From assembly GCF_009914755.1 (NCBI RefSeq), contig NC_060947.1: DNA of 64,000 nt; one strand, written 5' to 3'. The notes beneath the pieces are model-generated. The model saw only the letters and a list, made by a program, of their open reading frames with translations, searched no databases and was not told the DNA's origin. The stretch comes from the human T2T-CHM13v2.0 reference genome, Homo sapiens. Below, in pieces: positions 40,725 to 57,165 of the stretch. How positions within the stretch are numbered: the first letter of the stretch is position 1; every line of letters starts with the position of its first letter. The position numbers were made by a program, and so were the translations under genes.

Positions 40725-42200
40725 TTTAACAAACATTTATGAAGGTCTACTATGTGCTAGTCACTGCCTTACACCAGTACAAAGAGGAATAGCATAGTCT
40801 CTGTTTTCAAGGAGTTCCTAGTCGAGTGGCAGAGATCATTTGAAACAGTGATGGCATGCCTGCATGGTAACAGAGAGATAGCAAGGGAAAGATCAGCGAA
40901 GACTTTGTATTCAAACTCATTATAAAGAGCTTGAACATAATTTTTTACATGATGAAAAAAATCATTACAAATATTTAAGTCATAGTATGGCCAGGAAAAA
41001 TGAACAGTTTAGAATGATGATGTTGGGCAGTGTGGACAGTGGGTCAGAGGGAGGGGAAACTAAGGAAAGATAAAGAAGCTATTGTAATTGATGAGGGGAG
41101 CTTATGTCAGGAATGATTTAAGGTAGAGTAAGGAAGTTGAAATTATGGAATTGGGTATCTAATTGCATGTGGGGAGTATGGAATAAGAATTAATGGTTCC
41201 CAAGTTTTTTATTTGAGAGGGTGGTGGTATCATGAACAAGTTTTGTTCAGGAGGAGAACATGGTTGCTGCTTGTAGAGAAAAAACAATTAATTTAGTTTT
41301 GAGTGCGTTGGCTTTGAGATGCTAGAGAGATATCAGGAGAGAGCTATCCAGAAGGCTTGGATATATGGGTCTGAAACTCATGGGAGTGGTCAAGGGAGAA
41401 GTTTAGCTGTTATTGTCTTATAGGTATCAGTGGAAGCTGTGAGAATGCCTACCATCACTGAAGAGATTATGGAGTAAAAAAGAGGACAAACAATTCTTGG
41501 GAGTAGCACCATTTAAGGGGTAAAAGAGGTGGTGAAAGCAGAGGCCAGGAAAGGAAACTCCAAAGGAATGATCAGAGTGATAGGAAGAGAACTAGGAAAG
41601 AAAATTTAATAGAAACCTAGGGAACAAAGGAAGGATTTGCTGTGCCTCAGAGAGGTCAGGAAAGGTAAGAACTTTAAAGTGGCTGTTTGGATTTGGCAGT
41701 TAAGGAGTAATTGGTGACCTTATGGAGAGTTGTTTTATTTGTTGATGACAATGGTCATTGTGGGATGCCAAACTGCCAGGGGTTGGAGAATAAATGGGAA
41801 GTGGTTAAGTAAAGAAAGCGAGACAGTCAATGTAGATATGATCTTGAAGAAATGTTTTGCATGGAGGAAAAAAGAAAGAAAGATAAGTTAGAAAGTAAAG
41901 GGAGGAATTATATAAAGGGAAGCTTTTTAGAAAAATGAGATAAACGTGAACATGTTTAGAGATTGATGGGAAGCAAATAACTTCAATGGTGAATGAGAAG
42001 GTGGAAGATACAGGAGAGAAAGGTGAGGCTAAGTTGAGCAAGGTCCCGGAGGAGATTAAAAATAATACAAGATGGAGAGCAGTTGAGGAATCATGAGCTA
42101 TAGGGTAGAAGGTGGGAACAGAACATTAGAATGAGAACAAAGCAGGTGAGGGGAAGGAAGATTGGGGAAGTGCAAGAAATCAGGGCCTCCATTTTCTGCA
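40725..42200 (-). mobile_element. Long degraded L2 fragment in intron 2
   Basis: aacaaacatttatgaaggtctactatgtgctag tail followed by purine-rich L2-type body (ggatttggcagttaaggagtaattggtgacctta). Right boundary approximate. Confidence 0.7.
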
Positions 42201-42699
42201 GAAAATGGAGGAGAGGTCAAAGCACGGTAAGTGTCTTATCCTTTCTCAAGCTGAAGAAGGAATAAGGAGATAAGTTTTACATGTTATCTTTGGATGGGTT
42301 AGAAAAATGAGCTTTACTCAAAAGGTTTATTCTTAAAATCCAATGTCCACACTATCCTCAACATTATAATGAGGTGGAGAACTCTTGATTTATTCTCCCT
42401 TCATAATTTTAAGTCACGATGAATTGATGGTCTTGTACCTTTAAGGTAAATGCCATCTTTTCACAAGGCCTGTTATATAGATCCATTTTTTAAATGTTAG
42501 CAGTGTCTTTTTGAGTAGGCAGTTGAAAAAAATCTGTTATCAACATTTTCAGAAGTTTTGAAAGCCATCTGTCTTGATATTACAAGGGTACATCAAGTAG
42601 AGACATAGATGGGAACATTTAGTATAGTGTGGGGCAGGGCCTATTGTGTGATTAGTAGCTTGTTACCTTTGTGCTTCCTGATGGGGAAAAACCTTGTTC

Positions 42700-43002
<303 letters not shown>

Positions 43003-43813
43003 TTAAGTCAAAACTGTGAAGGAAAAGAATAATGCTAGTGATTGGTGACCTAATAATTATTTTTCTTTCACCCTTGCTTTGATGATTGGTTGTTATCTTG
43101 AGCTGCATCCACATTCAGGGTTCCCTGGGAGAACACTGAGGAGTAACAGAGTACTAGAACTGATGTTGCACCTCCATAAGGCTCCCCAGACCAAGACTGG
43201 GCTTGATATCCTTGGAGTATCTGGACATGCCAGTGGTCATGGGAGTCCTAGAGCTGGCCCATGGTCCACTGGTAGAAACGAGGACATACCACAGCTCTTC
43301 CCTAAGATAGCAGTGGGAGTGCTTATCAAATTTAGAATAAACATTCCTGATGGTGGGTCAAGACTTTCAGGAAAGTTCTTGCTACCCTGAAGCCTAAAAC
43401 AAGGTCCAGTCACCTGTCCAATAGCGCCAGTGGTTCATAAATTAGCCAACATGAACACTGATCTCTAGGACCTATTATCCTTTCTTGGCAGAAAGATAAA
43501 TGGTGATCTCTCATGTTCCTGGCTAATTTCTTTCCCTTCTTTTCTTTGCCTCTACCACTGCCAGAATGGAGAGAATGTTGACCACCCCTAGATTTGGTTG
43601 GTAATAGGGAACTTCTCTCTTGGGCTGCTTTTGTAGCATATGATTTTCAAATTGGAGTTTGTGTTATGCTTTTGAGAAGGATGTCTTCAAATGTGCCTGA
43701 AAAATATGAAGCCATTTGACTTGTCTAGGTTAGTGCACTAAGTTTGGTAAGGAACTGGCATGTAACAAGTGCATGCCAGCTTACTGTCTGCTAGGCACTG
43801 TGCTAGAGTTTTA

Positions 43814-44213
<400 letters not shown>

Positions 44214-47200
44214 GAGGAATTTTAACTCAGAGAAGCGAGATGGCTTCTTTGCATTTTCATATCCTTATACATGGCGAATTTAGACCTTGCATCCAGTTCT
44301 GTATGATTCCGTATCTGTAACAGGAAGTTATTTATCCTCTGACAGGATGTCAGAATACTTGATAAGCTTACCTGCTGGGTGATGGTGGAGAAGAAACTCC
44401 CTTTCTCTGATCCATAGGTTTTCTTTTTCCTTTCTGGATTGAATCATAGTAATTAATAAGAATAGTAATATTTTATGGCTCTTCATAGCCCAATGAGAAT
44501 GAGGAAACTGAGGTGCACAGAGGATTATTAAATGGCTTACCCAAGGTCATTTGTGTTGGGACACATAGAGGTAGAGGCCAGATGGAGGCCAGAGCTACTC
44601 TGCTGACTCACATGGTTGTTTTAAGGATCACATGAAATAACCTGGGAAACCTTGCTTTGAAATCTGTAAGGTGCTACACAAATTCAGGTATTATCTTTAT
44701 TATAATTAGAGTAAAGAAGGAAATAGAAACTTAGAGCTTAGAGAGATTAACTGCAAAAATACTAGAATTAGAAAAAGACAAATTACTAAATCACATGTTA
44801 GCCACAATAAAATAAAAGAAAAAAATGCGCTTCAAAACTTGAATTATTTTGCTACTTGTATTAAAAAGAAATACTATGGTACAATAGCCTCCTAGCACAT
44901 TAGTCTTGCATGCAATGAAATTATACTACTGATTTGTAGATAGCATTAGAAACAAACTGAGGGAAGTTTGCATTTCCTGAAGTAATGAGAGGCAAAAAAA
45001 CTTAAATGAGGGAATGCTGTTAGTCATGAGCCACAAACCAGACATGTAATTTATGCCTGAAAATACTTGGAAAATGCATTTCCTGATGATAGAGAAATTG
45101 TGATTGCTTAGAAAATAATGGCTGCAGAGGTTACCTTTAAAGAATCAACCAATTATCTAGACCAGGAAGTAAATAATTAGCCAAATTGAAAGAAGCATAT
45201 AATTGATTGAAATGGCTGAATTTCATTTTTGTCATGTTTATAATGTTCAATCAAGATTACCAAGAATATTTTGTTCCTTAATAGGATTACTAAGACTCTG
45301 GAGGGTGAAAAAGAACATTTAGTATGAATCAGAAGTTGCTATGGTGTATAATGAGAGTACATTGTGTAGGTGTGTATAAATGTATTTCAGGCCCCATTGG
45401 GTTTTCTATCCAGTGGTTCTCATATCTCCATCTTGAGAAATTTAAAAGCTGATTGACAGTTACCCACCTCCAGTGGTGGGAAGGTAGAGTGCTTACTCTG
45501 GCGACCTGGACTGGACTACTAATTATGTGCTGATTGTTGAATGGTGAACTTCTTGAGGCTCTGTGTCCATGTGTCCTCTGTGCGTAACCCTGCCTCAGGA
45601 GGGTCTCAAATTTACCAGTGTCTGTCTTAAGAACTACTACAATAATTCCTACTTGTAGCCACAGAACATCTGTTATGCAAACCATATGGATCTTCCTTCA
45701 ATCAGCAACTCAGAAAGCATCACCAGTGAACTCAACCTTGAACTGTGTGCTATACATTTCCTGTCACACGTCCTTCCTTCTGAGACAATTGCTCTATGAG
45801 GAAACTAGTCTAAGGGAGATGACATCCCTCTATTTCTCCAGGTTATCACAGCTTCACTCCTGTGTCATTACTGTGCAAGAAAGCTGCACGCCTGGATTGT
45901 ATTAGCCTAGACCTCTAAGTCCACATGCAGGCAGGCTTTCACTGAGTTAGTCATCATAAGAAAAAGCCACATGAAGACATATTTGCATCATTTTGGAAAA
46001 TGAGGCCCCAAAAAGTGTTACATTGCTCAAGTGTTCTTGTAAAAATATCAGTGAGAGGAATTCCTTTTCACATTTTATTATCAGACAACATTTGTCTCAT
46101 TTAATGAATTAGGATATGCTTCTTTCGATGAAAGATAATTCTATAACCTACGAGCTTTTCCTTTTTGCCTTAGCTACCAGGAAACTCAAAGTTCAATTTA
46201 ATGTTCAATCATAGTAACGAAGTTAGCCTGATTTTTGCCTTCTATTATGTACCTTTGACTTCAGCCATTGCAAATTCTTTATTTTGATATAGACAGGGTA
46301 TGAATTTTAATTTATCCTGTTCAATTCTGTAAAAATGTATTGAGTATTTGATTAGCACAAGACATGGTGCTACATCTTGGGTATATAAAAATAAGTGAAA
46401 TGTAGTCTCTGACCTTTAAGAACTCATGGTTTTATTCAAGAAAAGATATCATAAGTGTAGTATACACTGTGTAGTAGAAGGTTGATTTTCCAGACTTATT
46501 GAGAGAAATTTCAATTTTCCTCTAATTTTGTTCACATAGACACAGTGTTAGACATTGGCCAGTTTAGAAATTCTTTTAATTTCAAGTATATTTTTAAAAC
46601 CTAGATATGGAAAACTATATCTAAGCTTGCTTCAGAAACCCAGATCATTATAAGTAAATGTCAATGAAGAGACATTACAAAGTAGGCAAGGTTCTCCCTA
46701 CTGAGGACAAGATGAACCTCTTTTATTTACTCCTGAAACAAGAACAGGAATTTGACTAGCTTGCTTGTAAGCAAATGAGCTTTCACATTCTTGAGTCCTG
46801 ATTGTGTTTCCCTAAGGAGACTACAATGACTTTTCAGGGCATGGAGGTATTACAGTGGTCTCTATGACACCTAGGGAGAAGGTTCTGATTTTGCAGAGCT
46901 CTGTTTCTGTGAAAGCCAGATAATGAAATGAAGGCATTCCAATGGGAAGTGAAATGGTGTTGTTTTCCCTTGTTGAGTCAGATCATTGAATATGGCCAGA
47001 TATCACTGTTCATGAGGCAAACATCTGACCCAAGAGGTAATCTGTTTGACAGGCCAAAACAACCTACAAATGTTTAAAGCTTGCATCAGATTCTTGTTGG
47101 ACCCTCAGCACAATGAAATTTCTTTGTTTTAAATTTAGAGATTGAACAGGGAGCCTGGTTTTGGCTACTGTCCATGTGGTTCATTGTGCAACTCAGTTGA

Positions 47201-49321
47201 AGGAGACCACTATATACAAAGAGTTTATTCTTGTCTGGGCTAAAAAGTAATTCCTGCCATTAAAAATGACAAACCTAGAGACTTTTAGGAAATAAAAGTG
47301 ACTTCTACCCATCTATAACTTTTAAATATATCTTTCAGATGTACTTTTGAAAACAGAGTGATTATTCAGCTGAGGATTATACAGAATGTTAATTGTTTAA
47401 TCACTACTTCAGTACTAAGGTTGCGTATGATACAATATATGATTGGAGGATAAGCAAACTAAAATTGACATATAGTTATTTGACTTCTAAAAATATCTGT
47501 CCCTGACAGAGCTCCCTTAGCATATGTTTAGCATACTTTTCCTTAATCTTTGAAATTTATATTTCTCCTATTGCCCTCATTTCTTTGGAAGTGTCTCATA
47601 TGGTTTCACACACACATAGTATGAGTTAAATACTTTTTACGGTATATGGAGATGGTGCTGATAATGAGGCCAAGATTACTGGTTTGATTCTCTCTCTGTT
47701 CCTTCTTGGTATCGTTTGCTGGTTCCTCATCTTCTCTCAGTCTCTTAAAGGTTGATGCTTGCCAGGGTTCTCTGCCAATCCGTATCTTCTCATTCTATGT
47801 TTTCTTTCCCCAGACGACTTCACCCATTTCTAGCACTTCGCCCTCTAGCCATCTGCATATCCTCCCATCTTCACATACAAAGGAAAACACACAGCCTTAG
47901 ACTGAGATGCTAGCGCTGGATAGGTATACTCCCTGTGTACACTAGGAGACTGGGCTGTGTTAAGGGCATGTGAAAAATCTTAGATGTTAAACAACTATCT
48001 TCAGCAGAGAGTGTACCAATGGTTAGATGGTCACTCCCTCCTGTGCACTGAAAATGTGCCCATGGCTTCTGGGACTTGAAGGCCACATAGGGTGGTATTT
48101 TTCCCATCCAGTGGCCCAGTTGCCAGATGGCTCCTTGAATACTGGTAGCCTTCTATCATTGCAACATCTTGGGCCAGGATAGTGCAGCCTAGGTACAAAA
48201 AGGTCCTTTGGCTTTCTGAATTCAGCAGCTTGTTTTGATAAACTCTTTGGCATATAAAGAGAATAAAGAAAGTCACTTTTGGGGGTGATCAACTGAGCTT
48301 TCATCAAAGTCATTTCCAAGTATACAGCTACCCACCATTTTTTAGTCATGATAACTTTGCTTTCTGTATTACAAAAACCCATGCAGGAGCATAATTATTT
48401 TAAAAACAATCACAGCCATTTTAATAGAACCAATACATCCTACAGGGGGTGGTGTAGCTGGTATACTGATTGTCCATAAAATGAGTTGGTTGCCTCTCTA
48501 ACTGCTATACATTAGGCTAACATCACTTTGAAAAGATAACTTTGTTTTGGTTTCCTTAAACAACAGTTTAAATACTTGAATAAATTTTCCTTAATCATTG
48601 AAAAGACACAGAAGGGCTTGAGTCACTGTTGATGAACAATTGCATCATTTCAAAGTAAATGAGTATGAATCATCAATATGTAAACACAGTCATTCCAGAA
48701 TATACAGGCAAACACTAGTAATTCATACAGTTCTTTGATTAGAAGGAATCAGATTCATTTTAATCATGAGTTAGCTCAATTAGATGCTGTTTAATTCCAT
48801 TCCTGTCCTAAACTTATTATAGTCATGGTAGCACAATTTAACTGATTTTCTTATCCAATAGCCTAAGCCTTTTTCATGGTATAATGTGGTGCAAAGGCTG
48901 ATATGTCAAAAATTTATATAGGTAGAAAATTCCATTATAACTCCAATGATTGGTAAGCAGAAGTTGTTAATCACAATGTAGAATGTAGCAATTCAGCTCA
49001 TCTGTCACAGAATAAGTTATTTTTCTAATAAAATTAATAAATGATGTAATTTAAAAGTTTTTCTCAATGAACATGTTTAAGGACTGGCTAGGGAGTATAA
49101 AAATGTTAATCATACCCGCTCATTCCAGAAGCTTTTTCAATAGTGTTCTTGATTTTTTTTCTTACATAGCACATGAAAAGCATGAAATTATATGGCAGCA
49201 AGACATATTTAAAGAATCCCGTATGATAGTCTACTTAGGGCATCTGTTTGAAACATTAACATTAGGAAACACAAACCTATTCATTCTCTCTCCTCCCACC
49301 CCCATCTTTTTGTTATTTTAG

Positions 49322-50194
<873 letters not shown>

Positions 50195-51369
50195 TAAAGT
50201 TTTGTTTGGTTTCACTTTTTTTTAGTTCTCTGCTCTAACCTCTATAATCCAGTATTCACAAGCAGCTCTCATTTACCTTAATGAGCTGTATAGGATACTC
50301 TTCAAGTTCAGGGTCTGAATTTTGATCTTCTGTCACTTGTGACATAACTGATTAACACGCTGCAAATAGAGTTAAATCTCAATAATTTGGAATGACAGAA
50401 GACAAGGTCGGTCTGACTGAAAGAATGACAAGTTGGAGTTATAAAATAGTTTCATAAAATACAGTTGTGGTAATACTATGTATAAATTAATAACATTTGA
50501 GATTATAATTGGTCATAAGTAGTATGAGGTTCATGAGAAGATTGCGAGTCACTATATGCCTTCACTACTCAGTAGCATATTCTAAACCTAAAATACAGAA
50601 GTTCCTTAAAGTAGAAGAATGTAGAACTGTGGTTTGCTGGAACCTGAAGTAGAAGGCGTTCTTTAAGAATTTTAGTTTCTTGAGTGATTACAGAGCTATT
50701 CCTTGGCAAGATCTTAATGTTTTCTCCCGTATCCATCAATCTTCCCTTCTGCATCTCCTTCCTCCACAGGTATCTACATAGCCCTTTTATTCTACTTTCA
50801 TCCTTTCTGTCAAAGCAAAAAGCATTACGAGCAACCAAAAGCCCACTGGTTTAGAATGAGTAAATATCCTACCCATCTCAGGAATCATTGCCTTGTAAAA
50901 GAGAAGTCCAGAGGCACCAAAGCCTCTTCTAAGGAATGAATCGCTAATGATTGGATTCCAGGCCTTGTGGCCCCTGGGTGGGGGTCATGCATGGTGCTGC
51001 CTCTCAGACACTACCATGTAAGCGGCTGTCTACTGCACCTCAAGCGTTTGATTGGAAGAAGCCACTGCCTTTAGATTGGATTCCTGTCACTGGTGACTAA
51101 AGGCTTGAAATAACACAGAGGAAGAAAGTAGGGTTAAATTCTTACTCAATAGGAGTGACAGGCAGTCTGTCTGAATGGTTGTAGATTCCAAGTTAGTGGT
51201 ATCTGAGTTAGAGAAGTGTGACCCTATAAGCACCCTGGCTCTCCTTCCTTTATTTATCCTCAGCAGATGCGGTGATTTCAGAGGACGATGGGAACATAAA
51301 GGGAGGGAGGCCTGGGGCTGTTGACTATATTTTCTGAATGTATGTTTTTAATATTGTTTCATTTCTGAG

Positions 51370-52153
51370 GCAGTTTTGCTTTTTGTATCATCATTCATCA
51401 AGTCTTGTCAAGCTTCCTCTTAAGTATCTCTCCAGTCTGTCATCTCTACCCCCACTGCCTTTGAACCACCTGTGAGCCTTCAGTGGACTGCTGTGAGAGC
51501 CCCTCTTGACTGGTCTCCTTCCCTCTAGTCTCACCTCTCTTCCATACCATCCATGCAGGCTCATCTAACAGGCAGATCTGACCATGTCACTCCCTGCTTT
51601 TGATTATTCAGTACCTTCTCATCACTTCCAGGGAAAAGTCCAAATTTCTTAGTCACACATACAAGGCTCTTCACCCTTTAGTTTCATACTCCTTTTTTGG
51701 CCACATATTTCACTACTTCTTCATGTGCAGTTGAAATCCCAGCCATATGGGACTACCTGTGGTTCCCTGTCATGTCATGCTTTATCACGCTTCCTTGCTT
51801 TTTGGCTTGCTGTCCCCTCAGCCTAGAATGTCTTTCCCCACCCTCCCTTGTCTTCCTGGTAAAGTCCTGTTTCTCCTTCAGGTCTGGTCAGTTGTCACCT
51901 TCTCTGTGAAAGCTTCCCTGATCCCCTCAGCTTAATTAAAAACCCCTTTGTCTTGGCTCCTCTAGCACCTTCTATATGCCCTGATTGGCACCGACTCCAT
52001 TGTATTGTAGTGATTTAGTTATGTTTCTATCTCCTCTACTAGACTGTGAGCTCACTAAGAGCAAGGAATACCTCATTCTCTCTGTATCCCAAGCGCCTAG
52101 CAAATACTTAGCACATAGTAGATACTCAATAAATGTTTGTTGAATGAATGAAT
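51370..52153 (+). mobile_element. L2 (L2a-like) 3' portion, sense orientation
   Basis: ctagactgtgagctcactaagagcaagg...cctagcaaatacttagcacatagtagatactcaataaatgtttgttgaatgaatgaat terminus. Confidence 0.85.
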
Positions 52154-53718
52154 TTCAAAAATGGTTACTTGATTACATTTTCTAAGCCACAATGTTAATC
52201 AAATAACATGCACAAATGTGAACAATTGCTAGGAAATCCATCATGAGTTATATCTTTTTCAGTTGTATTCTGTCTGCCTGTTTCTTACTCTGCTCTGCTC
52301 CTGTTCTGTCATTGAGAAATCCTAGCCATAATTTCTACTGAATGACTTAATACAGGCTTTAATACTTAAAAATCAAAAAAGAGATCTGCTTTGAAAAAGT
52401 ACAAGTATAATGGGAGGTGGGGATATCATTCTTGTTTCTTCTTTTGCCCTGGTATCTGCTGCTGTTCCCTCCTTACACAGCCAGAACTGATCTGGAAATA
52501 GCACTGCCCCATAAAGCAGTCTGTCAGCCTGTTTCCATACCTCATTAGTAGAGTGACAAATCACAGACCCAGCGAAATCCACCCTGTTGTAATTCTCTCT
52601 CTTATACATTCACAAAATGGCTGACCCAGATTCAGAAATGACTTCATGCTTTCACTCAGTGCTCTGGCACACCAACGAGAGGTACATTTTCAAAGACAGT
52701 CTGAGCTGTCATCAGCTCTGGAGACGATTATCCCAGGAGCAGCCTATGTGCTTGCAGCCTTTGGTGATGGTACAAACAGACCTTGCTAGAGCTCTGTATG
52801 AAAAATGGGCCAGGTGCAATAAAGTCATGATAGGAGATCAGTGAAGAAAGTACTTATTTTAAAATATGGGTTTCAAGGAAGGATTTGACAGAAGAGTAGA
52901 GAGAAGCTTAAAGCCCTAAAGTCAGGGGCATATACAGAACCCAAGGGTAATGTGAAAACCAAAAATAGGAGGAAAGGAAAAGAGAGGTTACACGGCCCAA
53001 CAAGAGAGCTTAGAAGGGTGCAGATTAAAATGCGGGCATAAATATAGACAGGGAGGAGCATTATGGAGCTTTGAACCTAATGGAATTTATGTGGCTAAAA
53101 CTCTGACCAAGTCTGAAAATTCACCCTATTAAATCTTGATGCACTTTTCAAAAGCACTTAGCATTAGAATTCAGCCCCAGTTCCTGGCGCCAAGGAGTTT
53201 CAGGCACTAGGTTCCGGGTCTCTAGTCAGTGTAGCCATCTTTGATGAGTGGTAGCATTACTCTGAGTTATTACCAAAAAGGCTTATCCGTGGAGCAATCA
53301 CAGTATTTCTTTGAGTATTCTCAACTTTTTCCCTGGCTTTAGTGACAGGAGGTTGATGAGTGTTAGTGAAGTGCATTTGTGGGGAGGGTGAAGCAGGATG
53401 GGTTGAATGGCCAGAAAACAGACAACATTCTAAGCTATACAAATAAGCAGATAACATTATATTTATGAATTGAGAGATCACAAACTATTATTGAAATGTG
53501 ATGTGCAAGTGTGTGTGCCCATGTTTGTTTATGTGTCCACATGTTGAGTATATAGTGGGGAAATTTTTATTTTTTATCCTTGAATCATTTCCATGCTTCT
53601 TAGAATTTCTGTATCAACAATAAGGATATTAGAAGTATAACCAACTTTATTGCAAAAGGTCAGCTTTTCAATTGAGGCATGTCATTTTAACAAATAATTT
53701 GTTTAAAAACTTTCTGTT

Positions 53719-54048
<330 letters not shown>

Positions 54049-54880
54049 TCATGTCATAGAGTTTATTAACATTCCTGGCAACAACAACAACAAAATGCTG
54101 ATGTGTTCTGCAGTTGGGTTTAGAAGAATTTTCTCGGAACTGCATCTGAAAACAGTAAAAGGCCTATTTATATCAAGTGGAAACTGAGGGTTGCTTGCAG
54201 ATGGTGCTTTATTAGGAAATGAATTTGTTAATAAACGTAGCTTTATACATTTCTTTACAGAAATTTTTGTTCATTTTTACCTTAGGATAAAAATCTGCTG
54301 GTGTAGACAGCTCTGCATTTTGGTGCAATTTGTTATTAGTATAGCTTGCCAAGTAAATAATCACATGCACATGAAAGGATTGATATCACATATTAAATGT
54401 CTCCATCCTAAGTCAGTAAGCTTTTGAAAGTACAAAACTAACGTGTAGAGTGTCATATCCCTAAAGGGTCATTTGCTTTACATGCTGCTCTTGGCTGTGA
54501 TCTAAGGCTATCTGAGGCTCCAATTGCCACAAAACTAGTGGCCTTAGAAAACTTTAATAGAAATGGTGTGGGATTTGTCTGTAGCTTATTTTAGTGGTTA
54601 GCTTTGTCAACCAGCTGAAAAATTATTGCTCACATTTGTGACTGTGCCTGTTTTGTTTCACACCCTATGCAGTGAACACTGTGAGTATAATTACCTTTAT
54701 TTATTGTGAGTTAGATAGTAAACTCAGGTCCCTTGTGTGAGAACTGCAGAGAATGCTAGGATATTACCATTGATGTTCTAGATATGTCCATGCAGCTACA
54801 CAGAAAAGAGACAGCTGCTTCAATGAATGGAAGGCCATCCAGTTGCTGTTTACAACTCATGCTAAGAATTTTTCACTTGA

Positions 54881-57165
54881 TGTATTAGTCTGTTTTCATG
54901 CTGCTGATAAAGACGTACCTGAGTCTGGGCATTTACAAAAGAAAGATATTTAATGGACTTACAGTTCCACGTGGCTGGGGAGGCCTCACAATCATGGTGG
55001 AAGGTGAGAGGCATATCTCACATTATGGCAGACAAGAGAGGAGAGCTTGTGCAGGGAAACTCCCCCTTATAATAACCATCAGACCTTGTGATACTTAGTA
55101 ACTGTCATGAGAACATCACAGCAAAGACCTTCTCCCATGATTCAATTACTTCCTATTGGGTTCCTCCCACAGAGCATGGGAATTATGGGAGTTACAATTC
55201 AAGATAAGATTTGGGTGGGGACACAGCCAAACCATATTAATCCACCCCCAGCCCCTCCCAAATCTCATGTCCTCACATTTCAAATCCAATCATGCCTTCC
55301 CAACAGTACCCCAAAGTCTTAACTCATTTCAGCATTAACTCAAAAGTCCACAGTCTAAAGTCTAATCTGAATCAATGCAAGTCCCTTCCGCTTATGAGTC
55401 CATAAATTCAAAAGCAAGTTAGTTACTTTCTGGATACAATGGAGGTACAAGCATTGGGTAAATACAGCTATTCCAAATGGGAGAAATTGGCCAAAACAAA
55501 GGGGCTACAGGCCCCATGCAAGTCCAAAATCCAGCAGGGCCGTCAAACCTTAAAGCTCCAAAATGATCTCCTTTGACTCCATGTCTCACATCCAGGTCAT
55601 GCTGATGCAAGAGGTGGGTTCCCATGGTCTTGGACAGCTCTGCCCCTGTGGCTTTGCAGGGCGTAGCCCCCCTCCTGGCTGCTTTCATGGGCTGGCATTG
55701 AGTGTCTGTGGCTTTTCCAGGTGCATGGTGCAAGCTGTTGATGGATCTACCATTCTGGGGTCTGGAGGTTGGTGGCCTTCTTCTCACAGCTCCACTAGGT
55801 GGTGCCCCAACAGGGACTCTGTGGCAGCTCTGACCCCACATTTCCCTTTCACATTGTCCTAGCAGAGGTTCTCCATGGGGGCCCCGCCTCTGCAGTGAAC
55901 TTCTGCCTGGGTATCCAGGCATTTCCATACATCCTCTGAAATCTAGGTGGAGGTTCCCAAACGTCAGTTCTTGACTTCTCTGCACCTGCAGGCTCAACAG
56001 CATGTGGAAGCTGCCAAGATGTTGGGTTCCATTCTCTGAAATGACAGCCCAAGCTTAGCCCCTTTTAGCCATGGCTGGAGCAACTAGAATGCAGGGTACC
56101 AAGTCCCTAGGCTGCACAGAGCAGAGGGCCCTGGACCTGGCCTATGAAACCATCATTTCCTCCTAGGCCTCCTGGCCTGTGATGGGAGGGGCTGCTGTGA
56201 AGACCTCTGACATGCCCTGGAGACATTTTCCCTATTGTCTTGAGGGTTAACATTCGGCTCCTTGTTACTTATGCAAATTTCTGCAGCCAGCTTGAATTTC
56301 TCCTCAGAAAATGTGATTTTCTTTTCTATTGCATTGTCAAGCTGCAAATTTTCCAAACTTTTATGCTGTGTTTCCCTTTTGAAATGGAATGCCTTTAACA
56401 ACACCCAAGCCCCCTCTTGAATGCTTTGCTGCATAGAAATTTCTTCTGCCAGGTACCCTAAATCATCTCTCTTAAGTTCAAAGTTCCACAAGTCTCTAGG
56501 GCTGGGGCAAAATGCCACCAGTCTCTTTGCTAAAACGTAACAAGAGTCACCTTTGCTCCAGTCCCCAACAAGTAACTCATCTCCATCTGAGACCACCTCA
56601 CCCTGGATTTCATTGTCCATATCATTATCAGCATTTTGGTCAAAGACAGTCAACAAGTCTCTAGGAAGTTCCAAACTTTCCTGCATTTTTCTGTCTTATT
56701 CTGAGCCCTCCAAACTGTCCCAATCTCTGCCTGTTACCCAGTTCCAAAGTTGCTTCCACATTTTCATGTATCTTTTCAGCAGCACCCCACTCCTGGTACC
56801 AATTTCCTGTATTAGTCCATTTTCATGCTGCCGATAAAGACATATCTGAGACTGGGCAGTTTACAAAAGAAAGATTTAACGGACTTACAGTTCCATGTGG
56901 CTGGGGAGGCCTCACAATTGTAGCAGTAAGTTAAAGACACGTTTCTCATGGCAACAGACAAGAGAAGAGAGCTTGTGCAGGGAAACTCCCCCTTATAATA
57001 ACCATCAGATCTCGTGAGACTTACTGACTATCACGAGAACAGCACAGGAAAGACCTGCCCCCATGATTCAATTACATCCCACCAGATTCCTCCCATGAAG
57101 CATGGGAATTGTGGGAGTTACAATTCAAGATGAGATTTGGGTGGGGACACAGCCAAACCATATCA
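54881..57165 (-). mobile_element. Full-length THE1B MaLR provirus (LTR 54881-55239, internal 55240-56807, LTR 56808-57165), antisense to AFF2
   Basis: Two direct LTRs of about 358 bp, a typical THE1-int body with ORF remnant ESLELPRDLL...DLWNFEL.RDDLGYLAEEIS (56153-56686, minus strand), and perfect 5-bp TSD CTTGA at 54876-54880 and 57166-57170. Confidence 0.96.

Noticed and set aside
55419-56837. Long ORFs of 194, 177, 99 and 94 aa
   Set aside because: Frameshifted remnants or antisense frames of the THE1B internal region, not a host gene.
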